In this document: positions 59,476-64,000 of the stretch, one piece after another
How the letters are laid out: each line of letters begins with the position of its first letter
Position numbering within the stretch: position 1 is the first letter of the stretch
Origin: an uncultured delta proteobacterium
Lineage (GTDB): Bacteria; Desulfobacterota; RBG-13-43-22
Length of the DNA: 64,000 bases
Direction: 5' to 3'
NCBI GenBank assembly: GCA_963743305.1
Contig: CAVUPH010000014.1
Location: 416,001-480,000, forward strand
Notes under the pieces: model-generated
Seen by the model: the letters and a program-made list of their open reading frames with translations, nothing else
What the model was told of the DNA's origin: nothing
The model's database searches: none
Position numbers and translations under genes: made by a program

Positions 59476-60126
59476 TTAAAAAAATCCAGGGGAAAAAGCT
59501 AGAAGGAATTGGCCGGCGTAATACAGGGGAAGCCCGATCAGGCGGTTGAAAAATGTCTTTCTAATGAATTGATCGCGGGCCACAAAAAGATCCGAAAGGT
59601 AAAACAGGATGGCCCCCCAGAAAAGCAAGGCCTTTCCCGTCCAGGGCAGGTCAGGACTTTCGAAAACCGCCCAGGCCCCGAAGACCATCAGCGTAATAAC
59701 CGCCACGTAGGCCAGAACCGGAAGCTTCATGGCCCCCAGATGGGACCAAAGCCAGCAACAGGTTCCCAAACTGATGGCGAGAACAAGAAAGTCCCCGGGA
59801 GAAAACCAGCCCTTGAAAGGGATCAGGAAAGTGAAGGCCAGGATATAGAGCACATGGCCAAGCAGGAAAGCCACCAATCCTGCCCTAAACCACTTCAGCC
59901 CCGAAAAAGCTAAGCAAACATCCCCTACCAGGCAAAAGATTAACCCCAGTGTCAAAAATCGGGTGAATGATTCGTTGCCGCCCGGCTGAAGAAAAACCGG
60001 GATTACAAAAAGAAGGGACAGCAAGGACTTGGTCACGATTCGGCCAAAGGGTTGTCCCATTTTTTCATAATAAAGAAGGACGATCAGCAAAAGGACCCCT
60101 AAGCCCGGAATAAGAAGATACCCCAT
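59476..60126 (-). CDS. lysoplasmalogenase YhhN family membrane protein
   Basis: GDVCL...GLVAFLLGH...YLSDLFVA...YYAGQ. Confidence 0.88.
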   Translation of the reverse strand: MGYLLIPGLGVLLLIVLLYYEKMGQPFGRIVTKSLLSLLFVIPVFLQPGGNESFTRFLTLGLIFCLVGDVCLAFSGLKWFRAGLVAFLLGHVLYILAFTFLIPFKGWFSPGDFLVLAISLGTCCWLWSHLGAMKLPVLAYVAVITLMVFGAWAVFESPDLPWTGKALLFWGAILFYLSDLFVARDQFIRKTFFNRLIGLPLYYAGQFLLAFSPGFF

Positions 60127-60230
60127 ACTATCCTTTCAATTGATGCTCGCCGGTATTGGATTCAAAGGCCTAACCAATAATAGTAGTCAGCGTTTTGAAA
60201 CAGCCAGGGCTTGGAGTCCGGCAAAGGGCA

Positions 60231-61121
60231 TTATAGTTCCTCCTCCAGATCCTCGATCACCAACCTGACGATCTCAGGCAGGTCTTTCAGGTCATGGGGC
60301 CGGATAAGGCGCCGGAAGATGACTTGCCGGGCAAGACTGGCGGAATGCAGGAAGTGTTGCCGTTGGTTTATCCCGGCCTTTAGGGATCGAGGGGTATAGG
60401 AATAACGAAGCAAGGCGATAACCGCTTCCGGCCGGCTAACCGGCAATAGTTCGATATCTTTGCCTTTTTCGAGAAGGTAAATGCGCTTCAGTGGAAGAGG
60501 CGCGACTGAAAACCCCTTGAGTACCCTGGGGGTAATCTTTTCTTCAAGAGGATTCCCAGGAGGAGAATTTTCCGGATCGAAACCCAGGGAGGCGGCTGTT
60601 TCCGAATAGAGTTTTAGTTGAGGAAAAGCCGGGCAGATCAGAGGGGCGGCTTCATCGGTCCGGATGACCAAGACGTCGTCGGAAATGAGGGGATATTTGT
60701 CGCTGAAGGCCGCCGCCATGGTGGACTTGCCTTCACCGGAATGACCTAAAAAAACCGCCCCTTGGCCGTCGATAGCCACGGCGCTTCCATGCAAAACGAG
60801 GGAGCCCCGTAGAAAGGCCAGAGTCCCGAGCACATTGCCCAAGAGAAAAAGACGCAACGAACCTTCGTCTACCCCGGGGGCCGGATCAATGAGAATTTTC
60901 CGGCTTTCACGAATCAAAAAAGAGCCGATGCCGGCATAAGAAAAATAGGCTTCCCCGTTTGTCACCCGTATGGTTGTTTCCGAAAACCGGTCCGGGGAGC
61001 CGGCTTCACCCGGCCGGGGGAAAAAAATATTCACATCATATTTACCCGCACTCCCCTCAATCAGTTCAGGAAGTTGCAGCTCAGAACGGATGGCCAAGCC
61101 AAAGGCCTGGTAGTAATACAA
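60231..61121 (-). CDS. HPr-kinase-like RiPP kinase (lasso-cluster type)
   Basis: YQAFGL...LHGSAV...GHSGEGKST...SDDV; adjacent to precursors. Confidence 0.8.
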   Translation of the reverse strand: MYYYQAFGLAIRSELQLPELIEGSAGKYDVNIFFPRPGEAGSPDRFSETTIRVTNGEAYFSYAGIGSFLIRESRKILIDPAPGVDEGSLRLFLLGNVLGTLAFLRGSLVLHGSAVAIDGQGAVFLGHSGEGKSTMAAAFSDKYPLISDDVLVIRTDEAAPLICPAFPQLKLYSETAASLGFDPENSPPGNPLEEKITPRVLKGFSVAPLPLKRIYLLEKGKDIELLPVSRPEAVIALLRYSYTPRSLKAGINQRQHFLHSASLARQVIFRRLIRPHDLKDLPEIVRLVIEDLEEEL

Positions 61122-61162
61122 ATCTATTCCCTATTGTCCTCGGATTATTTTGAGGGCGCGGT

Positions 61163-61318
61163 TCAGACTGGGCCGCTTGGTTGGATTTGCCCCAATTTAA
61201 AACCTTCCGGATTGATCAGGTTTTCCTCGGTAATCTTTTCCACCGATCCGTGAACGACCAATTCAGGTTTCTGGTAGGGCTTCTTTTTCCTCTGGATCAG
61301 AGTCTCTTTCTCTTTCAT
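61163..61318 (-). CDS. lasso-type RiPP precursor 1
   Basis: MKEKETLIQRKKKP-YQKPELVVHGSVEKIT-E-ENLINPEGFKLGQIQPSGPV; YxxPxLxxxGxxxxxT leader; GGAGG RBS. Confidence 0.8.
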   Translation of the reverse strand: MKEKETLIQRKKKPYQKPELVVHGSVEKITEENLINPEGFKLGQIQPSGPV

Positions 61319-61424
61319 CTTCCGCCCTCCCTGGTTTTTCGTAGTCATCCCGGAATAAGTCCTGGACTCGGGAAGCTCCGCTGACGAAACTCCAGGGCCT
61401 CCATGATTGGAAAAAGGGTCGGGG

Positions 61425-61577
61425 TTAAACGGTGCCGGATATAGAAGCGTTGGATTTAAAACCTTCTCGGTTGATCAAGCTTTGTTCGGTGATCTTTTCC
61501 ACCGATCCGTGAACGACCAGTTCGGGTTTTTGGTACGGCTTCTTTTTCTTCTCGATCAGAATTTCTTTTTCTTTCAT
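61425..61577 (-). CDS. lasso-type RiPP precursor 2 (absent from ORF track)
   Basis: Manual translation MKEKEILIEKKKKP-YQKPELVVHGSVEKIT-E-QSLINREGFKSNASISGTV*. Confidence 0.8.
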   Translation of the reverse strand: MKEKEILIEKKKKPYQKPELVVHGSVEKITEQSLINREGFKSNASISGTV

Positions 61578-61756
61578 TTTCTACCCTCCCTTGTTTTTCG
61601 TAGTCATCCCGGAATAAGTCCTGGACTCGGGAAGCTCCGCCCAGCACTGGAATCCGGCCTTCGCCAGAATAACGACCTGATTAAACCAGATAATACCCTG
61701 TTATCATGCTTCCTGGGTATCCGAAGCGGATATGGGGAAATTATTTGTATTGGAGA

Positions 61757-62195
61757 TTACCTTTTGCGAAACTCCAGATTCTCCAGGGTTGGAAAAGCGA
61801 TATATGGTTCAACCGCTCCCCCGAGCAGCACCAGTCCTTGGGATTCCAGCCAGGCGTGGGCCTTCACCCGCTTTTCGGATTCGATCCTTTAATACCCCGA
61901 TGCGTAGGTCCGTCTGATGTCCATGTCGAGCCAGAAAGACTTGCCCGGCAATGGCCCGCACCAGGCAGGTGGCCCGGGGCACATTTCTCCCGGCGGTATC
62001 CATCGCCCCCAGCAATCGATTCAGTGGAAATGAAGCCGGTCCTCGTTTGATCGGGGCCCGCTTGATCAGGGTCAGCATCGTCCGGAAAGGAAGAAGCCGC
62101 AAACCGCATTTCGCCACCCAGAGGAACAGCAACGCTTTTATCAAGAGTCCCTTTTCGGATAAAGGCAGCTTTAGAAAATTATGCACCTTTTTCAT
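61757..62195 (-). CDS. lasso peptide B2 leader peptidase (transglutaminase-like; +1 frameshift near 61885)
   Basis: TCLVRAIA...LRIGV then VKAHAWLE in shifted frame. Confidence 0.82.
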
Positions 62196-62481
62196 CGGTA
62201 CACTCGATCAGGCCGTTGGCCAAAAGGTTCTTTATTAATTCGACTAAATCCCGCTCACATTGATCGGGCTCCACCTGATATTCCTTGAGGATTTGATCCT
62301 TGAGGCTGCTTATTTTAATCGGTTTTTGAATTGAATTCCAGATAAAGGTTCCCAATGGGTTCATACCATAGTACACCCCGGCCTTCAGCGCCAGAATAAC
62401 CGATTCCCCTCCTAAGTCGCACGAGACCTGGTCCTGAACAGCGACTACGGTTTGAGATATCAAGAAATCATCCTGCGACAT
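62179..62481 (-). CDS. PqqD-family RiPP recognition element (lasso B1)
   Basis: DLGGESVIL...YYGMNPLGTFIW...EYQV...CERDL...L...GLI. Confidence 0.88.
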   Translation of the reverse strand: MSQDDFLISQTVVAVQDQVSCDLGGESVILALKAGVYYGMNPLGTFIWNSIQKPIKISSLKDQILKEYQVEPDQCERDLVELIKNLLANGLIECTDEKGA

Positions 62482-62577
62482 GGCGACTCTCTATCAAGAT
62501 GTAACCCTGCGTTTTCCAAAATAGCCCATTGATTATTATATAAAAAGGAACTGGCGGATGAACTCGTTGGCGAAACC

Positions 62578-62799
62578 TCAGGCTTTGTGCCGGTGAATGA
62601 TCAGACCGTGGGTGGGGTCATAGAGGGAAACGCCCACCGTCACCCTATCCCCATCGATGACTCGTATTTTGTAGCGCTTCATGGCCCCGGACAACTTAGC
62701 CGTGATGACGCCCCCACTCTCCAGGGTAATGACGTAGTTTCCCCCTCCCGTGGTTTTGGTGACGCGACCCTCAACATGGACCAAATCGTCCTTGGACAA
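62578..62799 (-). CDS. infA: translation initiation factor IF-1
   Basis: SKDDLVHVEGRV...LSGAMKRYKIRVIDGDRVTV..S.YD...G.II.R; TTG start. Confidence 0.85.
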   Translation of the reverse strand: MSKDDLVHVEGRVTKTTGGGNYVITLESGGVITAKLSGAMKRYKIRVIDGDRVTVGVSLYDPTHGLIIHRHKA

Positions 62800-62908
62800 T
62801 ATCCCTTCTCCTTATACCTTTTTGCCGGACAGCGGAAACAAAAATATCCCTTTCTCCCTGGGGAGAAGTAAAAAGATAAGTTTCGATATCGGTTACGAAA
62901 GCGGCTGG

Positions 62909-63253
62909 CTAATAGCGGCCGCGGGGTTTGGAAGTTCGTCCTCTTCCGCCGCCTCCCCCCGGCCGGCCCTGTCCTCCTTTATAACCGCCGCCATCCTCAC
63001 GCGGCGTTTGCGGACGGGCTTCGGACACTGTCAGCGCGCGTCCGTCAAATTCTTTCCCGTTCATCTTTTCAATGGCGTCCGCGGCTTCGGCCTCCGAATT
63101 CATTTCCACAAAACCAAAACCCTTGCTGAGCCCGCTGTAGCGATCCGTTATGATTTTGGCGGATTGTACCGTCCCGAAAGGGGTGAAAAGATCCTTCAGC
63201 GATTCGTCCGTGACAGTGAAACGAAGATTCCCCACATATAATTTATTACCCAT
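62909..63253 (-). CDS. RRM (RNP-1) RNA-binding protein with Gly-rich tail
   Basis: KLYVGNL (RNP2), KGFGFVEM (RNP1). Confidence 0.93.
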   Translation of the reverse strand: MGNKLYVGNLRFTVTDESLKDLFTPFGTVQSAKIITDRYSGLSKGFGFVEMNSEAEAADAIEKMNGKEFDGRALTVSEARPQTPREDGGGYKGGQGRPGGGGGRGRTSKPRGRY

Positions 63254-63608
63254 ACACCCTCCTTATAGCAGTAGGTTCCAGTTAAAGAGGTCGTGGGCAA
63301 AAGGACCAGGAACTCTTTAAGGGCAGTAATATTTTGATTCTTTTATAACAAATTTTTTTCTCCTAATCCAGTATTATCTTCGAGTCGGCGGTCTTTTGGG
63401 TGAGTTCTCCCTCCTGTCTATCTGGTCTGGCCGATCTTAAGTTAATCATCCCCATCGACTTCCAAGTATATCCAATCCTCCAGCAATCAGCAAGCCGTTT
63501 ACCGCCCTTCTCTTTTACCTGAATTAAATGGCGTACCAATTTCCGTAACTCTTCCTTCTCCCAATACCAAAATTTTGAAAAATTTCCAGCAACTATCTCT
63601 CTTTTTCC

Positions 63609-63669
63609 TTGACAAGGCCCCTTTTTCTTATATATTAAACATAAGTGGGGAATTGTGGGGAATTGTGTT
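63609..63669 (+). promoter_or_regulatory. dcw promoter with MraZ-binding direct repeats
   Basis: TTGACA-N16-TATATT; GTGGG, GTGGG, GTGTT at 10-bp period (63645, 63655, 63665). Confidence 0.7.
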
Positions 63670-63700
63670 TTCATTTTCCAAACAAAGGGGAGTTTGAAAG

Positions 63701-64000
63701 TTGTTTCGAGGCCGTTCGCTTCATTTGATCGATCAAAAGGGCCGGTTGAATATTCCGACCCGCTTTCGTGAGATTTTGAAGGCCAAAGGGGATGGCCGTT
63801 TAATCGTCACCAACTGGGAGGATTGTCTGGCCGCCTATCCCTACGAAGAATGGCAGCGAATTGAAGAAAAGATGAGCCAATTGTCTTCGGTGGACCGGGA
63901 TATTCGATCCTTCAAACGTTTCTTCATTTCCGGGGCCTGCGAATGCAGCCTGGACAGCCAAAGTCGGATTTTGATTCCACCGGCTTTGCGGGAATTTGCC
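63701..64000 (+). CDS. mraZ: division/cell wall cluster repressor MraZ (partial)
   Basis: LFRGRSLHLIDQKGRLNIPTRFR...CLAAYPYEEW...LDSQSRILIP; two DxxxR motifs. Confidence 0.93.
   Translation, partial: MFRGRSLHLIDQKGRLNIPTRFREILKAKGDGRLIVTNWEDCLAAYPYEEWQRIEEKMSQLSSVDRDIRSFKRFFISGACECSLDSQSRILIPPALREFA

Noticed and set aside
61160-61640. Direct repeats as a CRISPR array
   Set aside because: Only two ~259-bp units, each encoding a peptide; no spacers or cas genes
63363-63674. 103-aa minus-strand ORF
   Set aside because: Overlaps the mraZ promoter and operator; no recognisable features

Overview
Chromosomal window of an anaerobic, Desulfobacterota-like bacterium (inferred from gene content). 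Housekeeping genes include plsY, ctpA, recCBD, ppdK, infA and mraZ. Accessory sulfur/redox loci include two sigma54-driven TauE/USP operons, a TusA-MvhD-HdrA-HdrA-HdrC-CCG-DsrE operon and hcp. The main hidden feature, split up by the ORF track, is an ArsR-led operon at 28.0-32.7 kb encoding three predicted selenoproteins with four in-frame UGA codons. They are a 'LULAEC' protein, a rhodanese(UAGLTU)-DsbD-thioredoxin fusion and a 'NEPNGKPU' thioredoxin-fold protein. Each gene has a SECIS-like hairpin with a GGU-containing loop shortly after its UGA(s). An identical operator palindrome sits upstream of this operon and upstream of the neighbouring trxB. A second notable locus is a lasso-peptide-like cluster (RRE, B2 peptidase, two tandem precursors, HPr-like kinase) with no lasso cyclase in the window. 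Also present are a c-di-GMP-I riboswitch, a MITE-like element, REP-like palindromes, several gene remnants and about 8 single-base +1 frameshifts that look like sequencing errors. All calls come from reading the sequence; no database searches were run.
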